Assembly: GCA_947258985.1 (NCBI GenBank)
Contig: CAMYKI010000001.1
Location: 46,651 to 110,650 of the forward strand
Origin: an uncultured Acidimicrobiaceae bacterium
Lineage (GTDB): Bacteria; Actinomycetota; Acidimicrobiia; Spongiisociales; UBA5794
Direction: 5' to 3'
Length of the DNA stretch: 64,000 nucleotides
Below are positions 18,036 through 28,051 of the stretch, in pieces. Made by a program: the position numbers and the translations under genes. The stretch's first letter is position 1; each line of letters begins with the position of its first letter. The notes beneath the pieces were generated by a model. The model made no database searches. It saw only the letters and a list, made by a program, of their open reading frames with translations, and was not told where the DNA came from.

Positions 18036-18474
18036 AGCCACTGAGTCCTTCGATACGCACGAAGGCGTGCAGCCCCACCTCGTCGATCTTCTGGGTGTCT
18101 CGATAGCCCATCGACTCGTAGAATCTATGCTGAGCTGGCTGATCGTCGGTGAGTAGCACTTTCTGCCGAACGTGATCGAAGCGATCCAGGCAATTCCGGA
18201 GCAATGCTCGGCCGACGCCCCGTCGCTGCCATTCGGGGCGGACGAGGATGTCTTGCAGGTAGAAGATCGATGAATCGTCAGACATTCCTCTGGCCAGGCC
18301 GATCAGATCCCCCTGCGGCGTCCTGGCTTCAACGACGTAGGTCGAGTTGCCGATCGCCTTCGCCAGTGCTTCCGGATCGTTTGTGTAGGCAACCCATTCG
18401 ACAGACCCGTAGAGATCGATGACCTCCTGCATGTCGTGCTTCTTGGCTGCCCGAATTTCGGGTGACGATGTCAC
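18022..18474 (-). CDS. GNAT-family N-acetyltransferase
   Basis: 150 aa. Acetyl-CoA motif RRGVGRALL. Confidence 0.8.
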   Translation of the reverse strand: MTSSPEIRAAKKHDMQEVIDLYGSVEWVAYTNDPEALAKAIGNSTYVVEARTPQGDLIGLARGMSDDSSIFYLQDILVRPEWQRRGVGRALLRNCLDRFDHVRQKVLLTDDQPAQHRFYESMGYRDTQKIDEVGLHAFVRIEGLSGSTET

Positions 18475-18489
18475 GCTTGCCGTCCCCGG

Positions 18490-19674
18490 TCATTCTGCGA
18501 TATCCAACGTGACACCGCCTAAGGAGAGAATTGCCTCGGCCCTGGAGCGAATTGACCCATCAACGATGAGTGAATGCAGGTTGTCACCAGGGCAACTGGT
18601 TGCGGCGTGATCACGATGGCCGCTCATCGTCGCCACCGGCACGTCGAATTGGAGCGATGCCCAGGCGGCCAGTTGCGCCGTCATCTCGAGCTGGGTTTCG
18701 CTTGGAACACTGACGTCGAAATTGCCTTCGACGACGATGAGGAAGTGGCCAGTGGGATCGTATGCGGTGGACGTGTCGCCTACCGCCTCGAACGTTCGGC
18801 CCTCGTACACCTTGCCGTCGCGTCCGACAATGAAGTGATAGGCAATGTCTGCCCACCCCAGTGTGTGGTGCCACCTCTGCCACGAGCGGAACTGCGCCGG
18901 CCCCGTTAGTCCATCCAGGTCGCCTGCATGGTGAATCGTGATTCGCTCGATCTCATGCGGGGTGAATGCACCTCGGGGGCTCGCTGCTTCCCAGCCATTC
19001 CTCCCCACCACGTCGAGGATGAACGGGCGAGCTGGTGGTGTCTCCACATCGAGTCCCAGGCCGCGGGATAGGAACGTCGCCATTTCTGCCCTCGTGACAC
19101 TCCTGGCAGGGCAATATCGATCATTGGCCGGCGGGTTGCACCCGGCGGTAATGCCGGCCCCGTGCAGGCTCTCGATATCGCTCTCGAACGTCGTCCCCGC
19201 ATCATCGACGAACGAATCGCCGTCCTGTGCCGGAAGGTCCAGCGCCCGGCTCAGGAAAGCAGCCATCTGCCCTCGTGTCACCGGCTCTTCTGGGCAGAAC
19301 ACGCTGTTCAGCGGGGGATTGCACCCGCGGGTGATGCCGGCTGCGGCAAGGCGATCGATGTCTTCGGCGAAAAGCGAGTCTCCGATGTCGGCGAATCCGG
19401 CAGTGTCGGCGGCGGGCAGTCCCAGCGCCCGCACGAGGAAAGCCGCCATCTGTTCCCGGGTAACCGGATCGCCTGGACAGAACCGGGTATTGCGAGGCGG
19501 GTTGCACCCCATGGTGATACCTTCCACAGCAATCGCTTCGATGGCGCCCTGGTGTGCAGAGAGATCGTCATCGACGAAACTGCCACCCGGCTGGAGCTCT
19601 GCGGCGCTGGTCGCCAGGGGTGTAAGTGCAGCCAGGACCATGGCGAGGACGGTCAGTCGAATGATGGTTCGCAC
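18490..19674 (-). CDS. Secreted cell-wall amidase: three SLH-like repeats plus an N-acetylmuramoyl-L-alanine amidase (amidase_2/PGRP) domain
   Basis: Signal peptide. Three copies of GIT.GCNPP...CP..PVTR.QMAAFL.RAL.LP. C-terminal HH...WADIAYHF...GHRD...CPG. Confidence 0.8.
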   Translation of the reverse strand: MRTIIRLTVLAMVLAALTPLATSAAELQPGGSFVDDDLSAHQGAIEAIAVEGITMGCNPPRNTRFCPGDPVTREQMAAFLVRALGLPAADTAGFADIGDSLFAEDIDRLAAAGITRGCNPPLNSVFCPEEPVTRGQMAAFLSRALDLPAQDGDSFVDDAGTTFESDIESLHGAGITAGCNPPANDRYCPARSVTRAEMATFLSRGLGLDVETPPARPFILDVVGRNGWEAASPRGAFTPHEIERITIHHAGDLDGLTGPAQFRSWQRWHHTLGWADIAYHFIVGRDGKVYEGRTFEAVGDTSTAYDPTGHFLIVVEGNFDVSVPSETQLEMTAQLAAWASLQFDVPVATMSGHRDHAATSCPGDNLHSLIVDGSIRSRAEAILSLGGVTLDIAE

Positions 19675-19813
19675 CGGGTAATGCTAGATGGGCGGCTGCC
19701 GGGGTCGAATACGCTCATCGATCAGTTGCGGACTCGGAGGATTCGGCAGCGAAGACGTCGTATTGGTCGACGGTCGAGAAATCTCCGCGTATAGGTCGAG
19801 CGACCTAAAGGTC

Positions 19814-20716
19814 ATGCTTCCATTGGTCGATATACGGCGAGTGACCGACGAGCCGCGCGCAGAAGAGGGAGCCCTCAAGGAGGAATTCTCGATCGTTCGC
19901 AAAGGGTATGACCCTGCCGAAGTGCAGAAGTACCTTGGCGAATGTGACGTAGCGTTCCGCGAACTCGAGGAGTATGTGGCGCGCCTGCAGCACGAGCTAT
20001 CCGAAGCCAACCGTGAGGTGACCCGCCTCCAAGCCGCTGAGGAGGAATCTGTCGACAGGGCAATGCTGGCGGTCTTTGAAGCCAAAGAGCGCATCATGGA
20101 TAAGGCCAGACTCAAGGCGCGGGAGATCGAAGATGAAGCGCGTCTGTCCGCCGGAGTGACCGCACCGCCGGATACCCCCGACGGCGATGCATCCGACGCC
20201 GACGGTGTCGAGTTCTCTGTGGCGGTCACCTCCGAAACTGGAGACGAGTCCAGCGCGCTGGCCGAAGACGCACAGATTCCCGACAACGGCAACCCTGCAG
20301 CGCCGGATGGTCCGGTCGCCGATGACATCTTGCGTCAGATGGTGAGCGAGGCGGATGTCATCAAGGCACAGCTCGAGGCAGGGATGTCCGCGGCACTCGA
20401 GGAAATGGAACGTATGCAGCAGGAAGCAGAAGCCCGCGCCTCCGATCTGCTCGACGAGGCGAGGCAAGAAGCGATCCGGCTACGGTCCGCCGGGGCGGAC
20501 TCGAAACTCGTCGGTACCACCCTCGAGGTCACCCTCGGCGAGGAGCCCGGCGAGGACGAGAAGCGTTCGCGCTACTCACGGACCTCGGCCAAGCTGCCGC
20601 GCCTCGGCACTGAGGATGGACCTTCCGTGCTGGCAAGCATGAACCAGCTCCGCAGCAGACTCCGCGAGGCCGACGCGGAAGAGCGTGGGGCCCGGCAGGA
20701 GTCGACGGCAAGCTGA
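19814..20716 (+). CDS. DivIVA-domain protein with acidic coiled-coil region
   Basis: FSIVRKGYDPAEVQKYL N-terminal DivIVA motif followed by long coiled-coil and acidic segments. Start placed at ATG 19814. Confidence 0.7.
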   Translation: MLPLVDIRRVTDEPRAEEGALKEEFSIVRKGYDPAEVQKYLGECDVAFRELEEYVARLQHELSEANREVTRLQAAEEESVDRAMLAVFEAKERIMDKARLKAREIEDEARLSAGVTAPPDTPDGDASDADGVEFSVAVTSETGDESSALAEDAQIPDNGNPAAPDGPVADDILRQMVSEADVIKAQLEAGMSAALEEMERMQQEAEARASDLLDEARQEAIRLRSAGADSKLVGTTLEVTLGEEPGEDEKRSRYSRTSAKLPRLGTEDGPSVLASMNQLRSRLREADAEERGARQESTAS

Positions 20717-20780
20717 GGCGTAACGCGCCATCCGCTGTGGAGGTGACGCCCGCCGCCGCCGGGTTAGCTACGATCCGGGC

Positions 20781-22826
20781 GTGTTGCCGGAACAGCCACC
20801 GACCGAAGTCGTACGCGGTGCGTGTCATCATGACTGTCCCGACACTTGCGCCTGGGAAGCCACCGTCGCCGACGGGCGGGTCGTTCGACTGCGCGGGGCC
20901 GCAGACCACCCCACTACCCAGGGTCAGTTGTGCCCCAAGGTGAACCGCTTTGTCGACCGTGTCTACCATCCCGATCGGCTGCTTGAACCACTCCGCCGGG
21001 TGGGGGAAAAAGGGGCGGGCCGGTTCGAGCCGATTGGCTGGGACGAAGCCATAGCGGCGATAGCCGGGAAGCTCACCCAGATCACTGCAACTACCGGATC
21101 CGAGGCGATTCTCCAGTTCTCGTTCGACGGCACGCAGGGTGCAATACAGAAGGGCGTACTCGCCGACCGCTTCTTTGACTCGATCGGCGCCAGCGACATC
21201 CGCCGCCATCTTTGCGGAGTCACCGCCTGGCTCGGCGCTGCCGACGTGAGTGGTCTGCCATTTGGCATCGACCCGGAGGACCTCGAGCACTCCAGAACAG
21301 TGATTCTCTGGGGCACCAACACGCTGCTCACCAACCGCCATCTCTGGCCGATGATCGAAGGGGCGAAGGCGGCCGGAGCGACGGTGGTTGTCATAGACCC
21401 GATCCGCACGCCGACGGCAAGTGCCCCAGAGGTCGACGCCTTCCTGCAAATCCGACCTGGAACCGATGTAGCCCTGATCCTGGCGATGCTGAATGTGATG
21501 GATCGGGACGGGATTATCGAGCGAGCTTGGATCGATGAGCGCACAACCGGTTGGGAGGACCTTCGCCGGTCCTTTGCGGAGATGCCACCGGAGACAGCAG
21601 CGGAAATCACGGGTTTGACGGTCCCGCAGATCGAATGGCTGGCCAGGACCTACGCCTCGAACCGGCCCGCTGCCATCCGGGTACTTGTTGGTCCGGAGCA
21701 CCGTGAGCACGGTCGCGACATCATGAGGGCGATCGCACTTCTGCCGGCCGTCACCGGTGCTTGGAAGGACCTTGGTGGTGGGCTTGCTCGCTCTACCCAG
21801 ATCTACTTCGAGGAAGCCCTCAGTTTCCCGACCGACAGACCGCAGCGTCGCCGGTTCAACATGGCCGCGCTCGGTGCCGTCCTCGACGACGACGATCTGG
21901 CTCCGCCCATCGAGGCGTTGGTAGTGCACAACAGCAACCCTGCCGTTATCTGCCCCGACCAGAACGCAGTTGTTCGAGGCCTGGAACGTGAAAGCCTATT
22001 CACTGTGGTCGTGGAGCAGTTCATGACCGACACGGCTCGCTACGCAGACATCATTCTGCCGGCAACGACCCAACTCGAGCACCTCGACCTCATGATCTCC
22101 TGGGGCCATCTCTATCTCGCCTTGAATCAGCCGGCGATACCACCGCGGGGCGGAGCGCTGGCGAACACCGAGATCTTCAGGCGGCTGGCGTCGGCAATGG
22201 GCATAGCCGACCCGCGTTTGCAGGCCACGGATGAGGAGCTCGTGCGCGACCTGCTCGATACCGATCACCCCTGGGCCGCCGACATCACCTACGAGCAGCT
22301 TCGGGAAGCCGGCTGGGTGCGGCTCAACGTACCCGCGGGTCACCGCCCCTATGTGGACACAGTTCCCGCAACGGATGACGGTCGGCTCCAGCTTGGGTCA
22401 TTGAGATACCGGCCGGGAACGGAGACCCCCGACGGCGCCCCAGGCGTCGCCGGGCGTTACCCGTTGACATTGATGTCCCGCAAGCAGCACGTGAAGTTCC
22501 TCAATGCCAACTATGGAGGCTTCGCCGACCACCACCCCCGCGAGGGGGAGCCATTGCTCGAGATACATCCGGACGACGCTGCTGATCGCAAGCTCGTTGA
22601 CGGAGATATGGTCGTGGTTGAAAACGAACGAGGCCGCCTCTCGATTCGGACGAAGGTCTCGTCCGCTGTTCAGCCCGGTGTTGTGGCGATACCGTTCGGA
22701 TGGTGGCACGGGGCGACTGGTGCCGGCCGCGGTGTGAATGCCCTGACGAATGCAGCGGTTCCGTCCGATGGGGCCGGGTCCGCGTTCTTCCACGAGAATC
22801 TCGTGGAGGTGTCCGCGGTCTCCTAG
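20781..22826 (+). CDS. Cytoplasmic molybdopterin oxidoreductase (MopB/DMSO-reductase superfamily) with N-terminal 4Fe-4S
   Basis: CHHDCPDTCAW...C cluster motif, no Tat signal, C-terminal MopB barrel region. 681 aa. Confidence 0.85.
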   Translation: MLPEQPPTEVVRGACHHDCPDTCAWEATVADGRVVRLRGAADHPTTQGQLCPKVNRFVDRVYHPDRLLEPLRRVGEKGAGRFEPIGWDEAIAAIAGKLTQITATTGSEAILQFSFDGTQGAIQKGVLADRFFDSIGASDIRRHLCGVTAWLGAADVSGLPFGIDPEDLEHSRTVILWGTNTLLTNRHLWPMIEGAKAAGATVVVIDPIRTPTASAPEVDAFLQIRPGTDVALILAMLNVMDRDGIIERAWIDERTTGWEDLRRSFAEMPPETAAEITGLTVPQIEWLARTYASNRPAAIRVLVGPEHREHGRDIMRAIALLPAVTGAWKDLGGGLARSTQIYFEEALSFPTDRPQRRRFNMAALGAVLDDDDLAPPIEALVVHNSNPAVICPDQNAVVRGLERESLFTVVVEQFMTDTARYADIILPATTQLEHLDLMISWGHLYLALNQPAIPPRGGALANTEIFRRLASAMGIADPRLQATDEELVRDLLDTDHPWAADITYEQLREAGWVRLNVPAGHRPYVDTVPATDDGRLQLGSLRYRPGTETPDGAPGVAGRYPLTLMSRKQHVKFLNANYGGFADHHPREGEPLLEIHPDDAADRKLVDGDMVVVENERGRLSIRTKVSSAVQPGVVAIPFGWWHGATGAGRGVNALTNAAVPSDGAGSAFFHENLVEVSAVS

Positions 22827-23542
22827 ATCTCACCCCGGATCAACACGCATTCTGAGATGCGGGGATGGCGTCGCACCGCACTCGAGATGGCATGGGCCGC
22901 GGCTACGTCGGTGGCGTTCTTTATCTGGGTGAGGGCTACGAGCACACGGCTCTGCGGCGGGCAGACGCGCAGTGCTCCGTCCCGATGAGCCAGGATGAGT
23001 GCACAATCCTCGGGCGTGAGCAGGTGGTCCGGGGGGAGGGCGGTGAATCGGATCGCCTGCTCCACTCGATGGGTGACATCCTCTAACGGTTGACCGACGG
23101 CGCTCATGCCCATCAGGATCACGACCGTGGTACTCGAGAGAGGGATCACCGGTTCGTGAGCAGCCGGCGCCTTGAGCGGTCGCCGCCACGATCCGTCGGC
23201 TTCTACGATCAGATAGTCGGCGTTGGATTCGGCGAAGAGGCGGTCGACGGTCTCCGGCGGTGGCCCCGTCACCTTGTGGTCGTCGCCCTCCGTGAGGAGC
23301 ATCACCGGGCCCGGTCCGTCCAATGCCTCGACGGCACAAACGGTGTCCGCCGACCAGCAGACGGTTGGGGCGAGCTCGGCCTGTTCTCGGCCCATCTTGG
23401 TTGTGGTCGTCATGATGACTCGTTTGCCGGCAGCGGCGAATTCCGTGCCGAGGCCGAACATCAGTGTGGATTTGCCTCCGCCGCCGACCAGGGCGACGAG
23501 TTCCCGGTCACCCAGCCCGAGTTGCGTTGCGAACGATGTCAC
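22823..23542 (-). CDS. YqeC-like selenium-cofactor accessory protein (P-loop)
   Basis: GTG start in a GTGA overlap with the yqeB-like stop. LVALVGGGGKSTLMF P-loop. About 239 aa. The longer ORF to 23899 overlaps the upstream gene. Confidence 0.7.
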   Translation of the reverse strand: MTSFATQLGLGDRELVALVGGGGKSTLMFGLGTEFAAAGKRVIMTTTTKMGREQAELAPTVCWSADTVCAVEALDGPGPVMLLTEGDDHKVTGPPPETVDRLFAESNADYLIVEADGSWRRPLKAPAAHEPVIPLSSTTVVILMGMSAVGQPLEDVTHRVEQAIRFTALPPDHLLTPEDCALILAHRDGALRVCPPQSRVLVALTQIKNATDVAAAHAISSAVRRHPRISECVLIRGEI

Positions 23543-24345
23543 TGCGGCCGGGTTCCCATCCAGGTGAGGATGGCTTCGACGACACCGCCACCGATGGACA
23601 GCGCTTTGTCGGAGATCTCGAAACATGCGGAGGCATCGGCGCGGGGATCGATGTCGGCAATCTTCCAGTCCCATTCGACCTCGTAGCCGGGGGCGAGCAA
23701 GCCACGCACCACCCCGCCGATGCGGGAGCGGATGGGGACGCCGTTGATATCGCCGAGAACGTCTCCAGCAGCGACGATGTCGGCAATCGCTACTTTCCAG
23801 GTCAGGATGCCGAACGTTGGCGCCCGAACCACTCGCTCGCTCGATTTGCCGCCGATAGCGCCGGGTTCGCCTGTATTGGGAGTCGGAGCGCCATCCCAAA
23901 TGACCCGACCCAGGAAGTGGCCCCGCATGGTTTCGATGACGGCGTGGCAGTCGACGCCGGCTGTGAAACCCGGGCCGAGGCCGACGACGAGGGGTGCATC
24001 GTTGATCGACGTATCGAGATTCTGCTTTGCCAGCCGGGCGTCGACCACAATCGACGGCTCCCAGGGAAGTTGCACGAGCGTCGGACTCACCATCACCGGC
24101 ACGACGCCACTTCTAGCCGCTTCCATCGCGTCATCGATGTTGTCGAACAGGATCGCATCGAGGTCCTCGATGAGGGCCCGTCCCTCGATGACGGCCGAAG
24201 CGACGGCAACTGTGCGTCTGATAGCAAGTGGCTGCGCCAGCTCCAGCACGAGTACCGGGAAGCCGGCGCGGCGGAGCCGGAACACGGTTCCCGAGGCGAG
24301 ATCGCCGCCGCCCCGCACAACAACCAGGTGATCGCCGAACAGCAT
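23539..24345 (-). CDS. YqeB-like selenium-dependent molybdenum hydroxylase accessory protein
   Basis: N-terminus LVVVRGGGDLASGTVFRLRRAGF and overall length (268 aa) as I recall for the YqeB family. TGATG junction with xdhC. Confidence 0.7.
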   Translation of the reverse strand: MLFGDHLVVVRGGGDLASGTVFRLRRAGFPVLVLELAQPLAIRRTVAVASAVIEGRALIEDLDAILFDNIDDAMEAARSGVVPVMVSPTLVQLPWEPSIVVDARLAKQNLDTSINDAPLVVGLGPGFTAGVDCHAVIETMRGHFLGRVIWDGAPTPNTGEPGAIGGKSSERVVRAPTFGILTWKVAIADIVAAGDVLGDINGVPIRSRIGGVVRGLLAPGYEVEWDWKIADIDPRADASACFEISDKALSIGGGVVEAILTWMGTRPQ

Positions 24346-25163
24346 CAGAGATCCTCTGTGCGATTGAACTTGACGACTTCAGACAGGATCGATACGGCGA
24401 TCTCCTCCAAAGTCTCGGCGTTTATCTCGATTCCGATTGGCACGTGCAGCCTTTCGAGTTGCTCGGCCGGCACGCCGTCTGCGAGCAGTTGATCGCGGGT
24501 CGAACGCCACCTGTTGCGGCTTCCCATCACTCCAACGTATCGCGCCGGTGTCTCGAGCAGTGATGGCAGTATCCGGATGTCGACCTCGGGGCTTCTCGTG
24601 ACCACGACTATCGAGGTATCTGCAGAGACGGGATGTGCGTCCAATGCTGCGGCAACCGACCCGGCAAACCTGACGTCGGCGTTCGGGATCGACTCCTCGG
24701 TCACGAGATCGGGCCGATCGTCGATGGCGACGGTGCGGTATCCCAACCAGTGGGCCAGATCGACAACGGCACGTCCGACGTGGCCACAGCCGATCACATA
24801 CACATTGTGCGGTGGCATATAGGGCTCCAGGTATAGGGTGAGGGAGCCCCCGCAAATGCCAGGATCTCCTTCCTCGGGATTCACGAGTTCGTATTCGACG
24901 AGTTGCGGTTTGTGATGCCGCAGCGCCTCCTGGGCAGCCTCTATCACCTTGGCTTCCATCTGGCCGCCACCGACGGTGCCGCGGCTGGAGCCGTCCTCGA
25001 ATACGAGCATTTTGGTGCCGGCGCGGCGGGGGACCGATCGTTTGGTGGCGACGATCGTTGCCAGCACGACAGGCTCGCCGTCGGCGACGGCCCGGTTGAG
25101 ATCGTGCAGGATCCGCGCGTTGTCGCCGGCGCTCACCGTCAACCCGTTTGCAGTGCGTTCCAC
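24345..25163 (-). CDS. XdhC/CoxI-family molybdenum cofactor insertion chaperone
   Basis: VLATIVATKRSVPRRAGTKMLV...GTVGGG and Rossmann-like VYVIGCGHVGRAV. Alternative starts TTG 25142 and GTG 25136. Confidence 0.8.
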   Translation of the reverse strand: MERTANGLTVSAGDNARILHDLNRAVADGEPVVLATIVATKRSVPRRAGTKMLVFEDGSSRGTVGGGQMEAKVIEAAQEALRHHKPQLVEYELVNPEEGDPGICGGSLTLYLEPYMPPHNVYVIGCGHVGRAVVDLAHWLGYRTVAIDDRPDLVTEESIPNADVRFAGSVAAALDAHPVSADTSIVVVTRSPEVDIRILPSLLETPARYVGVMGSRNRWRSTRDQLLADGVPAEQLERLHVPIGIEINAETLEEIAVSILSEVVKFNRTEDL

Positions 25164-28051
25164 ACCCGCTCAGGCGTGAACGGAAGGTTGTCGATCTGGA
25201 CACCGGTCGCGTTGAAGATGGCATTACGGATAGCCGGAGCGACACCATCCTTCGGTATTTCGGCAATCGCCTTGGCCCCAAACGGCCCCGACTTCTCCAT
25301 GGTTTGGACGAGGTAAGCCTCGATCTTTGGCATCTCGTCTGCCCGGTAGATCTTGTACGGGCCGAAACGGGCATTGACCATTGCTCCGCTTTCGTCAAGC
25401 ACCATTTCTTCACAATGCCCATATCCGAGCGCCTGTACCATGCCGCCTTCGATTTGCCCTGCCGAGGTCAGCGGGTTGATCGGGACCCCGCAGTCGACCG
25501 CCATCACCAGGTTCTCGATGGTCACCTGGCCGGTCTCGATGTCCACTTCCACCTCGGCGAACTGTGCCGCATAGGGAGGAGGCGAGTCGGGAGCCACGTA
25601 CGAAGCGGTCGCCATTATCTGGTGCTGATCATCCTGGTGCAGCGAATGCAGTGCCACCTCTTCGAGGGTGACCGAGCGTCCGTCGGGAGCAAACGCCGCG
25701 CCGTCCTTCAACTCGATCTCACCAAGCGTCTCGACGTCGAGCATCAAAGCGGCCCGGGTCACGATTTGTCGGTGCACCTCATCAGCAGCCTTCTTCACCG
25801 CCATGCCGGACACGTAGGTCGTCGACGATGCATAGGCGCCCACATCGAACGGCGTCATGTCCGTATCGGCGGCGTAGACAATGATATCGGCCGTCGATAC
25901 GCCGAGAACCTCCGCCGCCATCTGGGCGAGGATGGTGTCGGCGCCTGTGCCGAGATCGGTAGCGCCGATGAGGAGATTGAAGGAGCCATCGTCGTTGATC
26001 TTGAGGCTGGCGCCTCCCATGTCGAGGCCCGAGATCGCGCTGCCGTGCATACACATGGCGAACCCAAGACCCCTCCGAATGTGGGGCCGGTCGGCTGGTT
26101 GCAGCCAGGCCGGGTCATAGCGACGCTGCCAACCGACGGCGCGCTGCCCCTGCACGACGCACTCGTCCATTCCGCTCGAGGTCACGACCGGGATGAACTT
26201 CATTTCGGCGGCGCCCTCTCCGAGTTCGGCAGCCACGTCGAGCGGGTCGCCGACCTTGGTCCAGTTCCTTCGACGGAACTCGAGTGCATCCATACCCATT
26301 TCCGCGGCAATGTCCTCCATATGCGCCTCGAGAGCAAACAGCGCCTGCGGAGCGCCGTAGCCACGGTAGGCGCCGGCCACCGGTGTGTTGGTGTAGGCAA
26401 CGTCACAGTCGAACAGCTTGTTCGGGCAGTTGTAGGTACTCAGCCCCCGCAAGCCGCTCACCATTTGCACGGTGAGAGCGTGCGTTCCGTAAGGTCCGGT
26501 GTTGGCGACGGTGCGCATTCTTTGCGCCACCAGCATCCCGTCGTTGTTGACGCCGCTGGTGAACGTAATCGTCTGGGGATGGCGGGTGCGGCTGGATATG
26601 AACTCCTCCTCGCGGTTGAGTTCGAGCCGAACCGGTCGGCCTGTGGCGAGGGCAAGATGCCCGACGATGTCTTCGATGAGCATTTCCTGCTTGACGCCAA
26701 AGCCACCGCCGATGCGTGGCTTGACGATGCGTATGTCGCGCACCGGCAAATCCAGCAGCGGCGCCACCATGCGCCGCACGTGGAAAGGAACCTGCGTCGA
26801 CGTGCGGATAACCAGACGCTCGTCGCTGTCGAGCCAGGCGATTGCAATGTGTGGCTCTATCGGGGTCGGCTGGACCTGGTGGACGCGGAACGTGCGCTCG
26901 AAGGTACGGTCGGCGCTCGCCAATCCGGCCTCGAAGTCGCCGACTTCGGCCCCGATATGTTGAACGATGTTGTTGGCGGCGTCGTGCGCCCCTTCCATGT
27001 CCGGTTCGTCGTGAATCACCGGGGCGTTCCCCGAGATGGCTTCGTTCTCGTCGAAGACCGCCGGGAGCACGTCGTATTCGACGTTGATGAGGCCGACTGC
27101 TTCTTCTGCGATCTCGATCGTCTCCGCGGCTACCACCGCGACCCGGTCTCCGACGTAGCGCACCTTGTTGTCGAAGCTGACCTGGTCATAGGGCTGCGGG
27201 TTGGGATAGCTCTGTCCGCCCGAGGCATAGCGAACCCGGGCAACGTTGCCGTGGTGCAGCACTGCGTGGACTCCGGGCAGGGCGCGCGCCGCGCTGTCGT
27301 CGATGCTGACGATCCTCGCATGGGCGTGCGGGCTGTACAGCATCTTGGCGTAGATCATCCCCCGCATCTCGATGTCGTCGACAAATGCCGGATGTCCCTT
27401 GGCCAGCTTGATCGCATCGACCTTTCGTTCCGGCTTGCCCACCACATTGGTCTCGGGAACCTCGGGGCTCGGGATCACCCGTGGTGCGAGCGGCGGCAGA
27501 TTCAACGGGCTGTTAGCCGCCCCCATGTCGGGGCTGCCGCCCAGCGGCACGAGAGGCTCGATGAGGGCGGGTTCGACCGGGGACACTTCGTCGCCGCGCA
27601 ACATCGCTGCCGCCCGTAGTACGGCGTGGACGGGTCGGAGATAACCGGTCTCCCTGTCGAGGATCCCGGAGAGGGCATCCCGGGCATCCGCTTCGGTCGG
27701 ATTGGGATTGCTTGCGATGAGGGCCTTGGCCGCGAGGATCATCGCCGGAATCGAGTATCCCGATTGAACGGCGCCTGCATCGACGAACGCCTGCTGGATG
27801 GGGTGGAGGCCGCGCGGCGGATTGAGCCCCTCGATGGTCTCGATGGTGTGACCATCGGCCTGCGCAGCGAGCATCACCTCGGCGGAGGCCAATCGGCCGT
27901 CGAACAGCACCGCAGCCGAGCCGGTCTCGCCGGTCTCGGCGCCGAACCGTACGCTGAAGAAGCCCTCGCGACGGAGGACGGTCCGCAGCGACTCATGGGG
28001 TGCGCACTCGTAGGTGCGTTCCGTGCCGTTGAGGGTGAACGTGGTCTTCAT
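25139..28051 (-). CDS. XdhD-like molybdenum hydroxylase large subunit with a degenerate (cysteine-less) N-terminal Fe-S-like domain
   Basis: 970 aa. MoCo-binding domains (GGGFGVKQE, AYRGYGAPQ). The N-terminal 150 aa align to the 2Fe-2S domain of 8614-11196, but all eight Cys are replaced. Confidence 0.85.
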   Translation of the reverse strand: MKTTFTLNGTERTYECAPHESLRTVLRREGFFSVRFGAETGETGSAAVLFDGRLASAEVMLAAQADGHTIETIEGLNPPRGLHPIQQAFVDAGAVQSGYSIPAMILAAKALIASNPNPTEADARDALSGILDRETGYLRPVHAVLRAAAMLRGDEVSPVEPALIEPLVPLGGSPDMGAANSPLNLPPLAPRVIPSPEVPETNVVGKPERKVDAIKLAKGHPAFVDDIEMRGMIYAKMLYSPHAHARIVSIDDSAARALPGVHAVLHHGNVARVRYASGGQSYPNPQPYDQVSFDNKVRYVGDRVAVVAAETIEIAEEAVGLINVEYDVLPAVFDENEAISGNAPVIHDEPDMEGAHDAANNIVQHIGAEVGDFEAGLASADRTFERTFRVHQVQPTPIEPHIAIAWLDSDERLVIRTSTQVPFHVRRMVAPLLDLPVRDIRIVKPRIGGGFGVKQEMLIEDIVGHLALATGRPVRLELNREEEFISSRTRHPQTITFTSGVNNDGMLVAQRMRTVANTGPYGTHALTVQMVSGLRGLSTYNCPNKLFDCDVAYTNTPVAGAYRGYGAPQALFALEAHMEDIAAEMGMDALEFRRRNWTKVGDPLDVAAELGEGAAEMKFIPVVTSSGMDECVVQGQRAVGWQRRYDPAWLQPADRPHIRRGLGFAMCMHGSAISGLDMGGASLKINDDGSFNLLIGATDLGTGADTILAQMAAEVLGVSTADIIVYAADTDMTPFDVGAYASSTTYVSGMAVKKAADEVHRQIVTRAALMLDVETLGEIELKDGAAFAPDGRSVTLEEVALHSLHQDDQHQIMATASYVAPDSPPPYAAQFAEVEVDIETGQVTIENLVMAVDCGVPINPLTSAGQIEGGMVQALGYGHCEEMVLDESGAMVNARFGPYKIYRADEMPKIEAYLVQTMEKSGPFGAKAIAEIPKDGVAPAIRNAIFNATGVQIDNLPFTPERVWNALQTG

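Noticed and set aside
22823-22826. CTAG shared by the stop codons of the convergent Mo-oxidoreductase and yqeC-like genes.
   Set aside because: A trivial consequence of TAG being self-overlapping on both strands. No functional implication can be supported.
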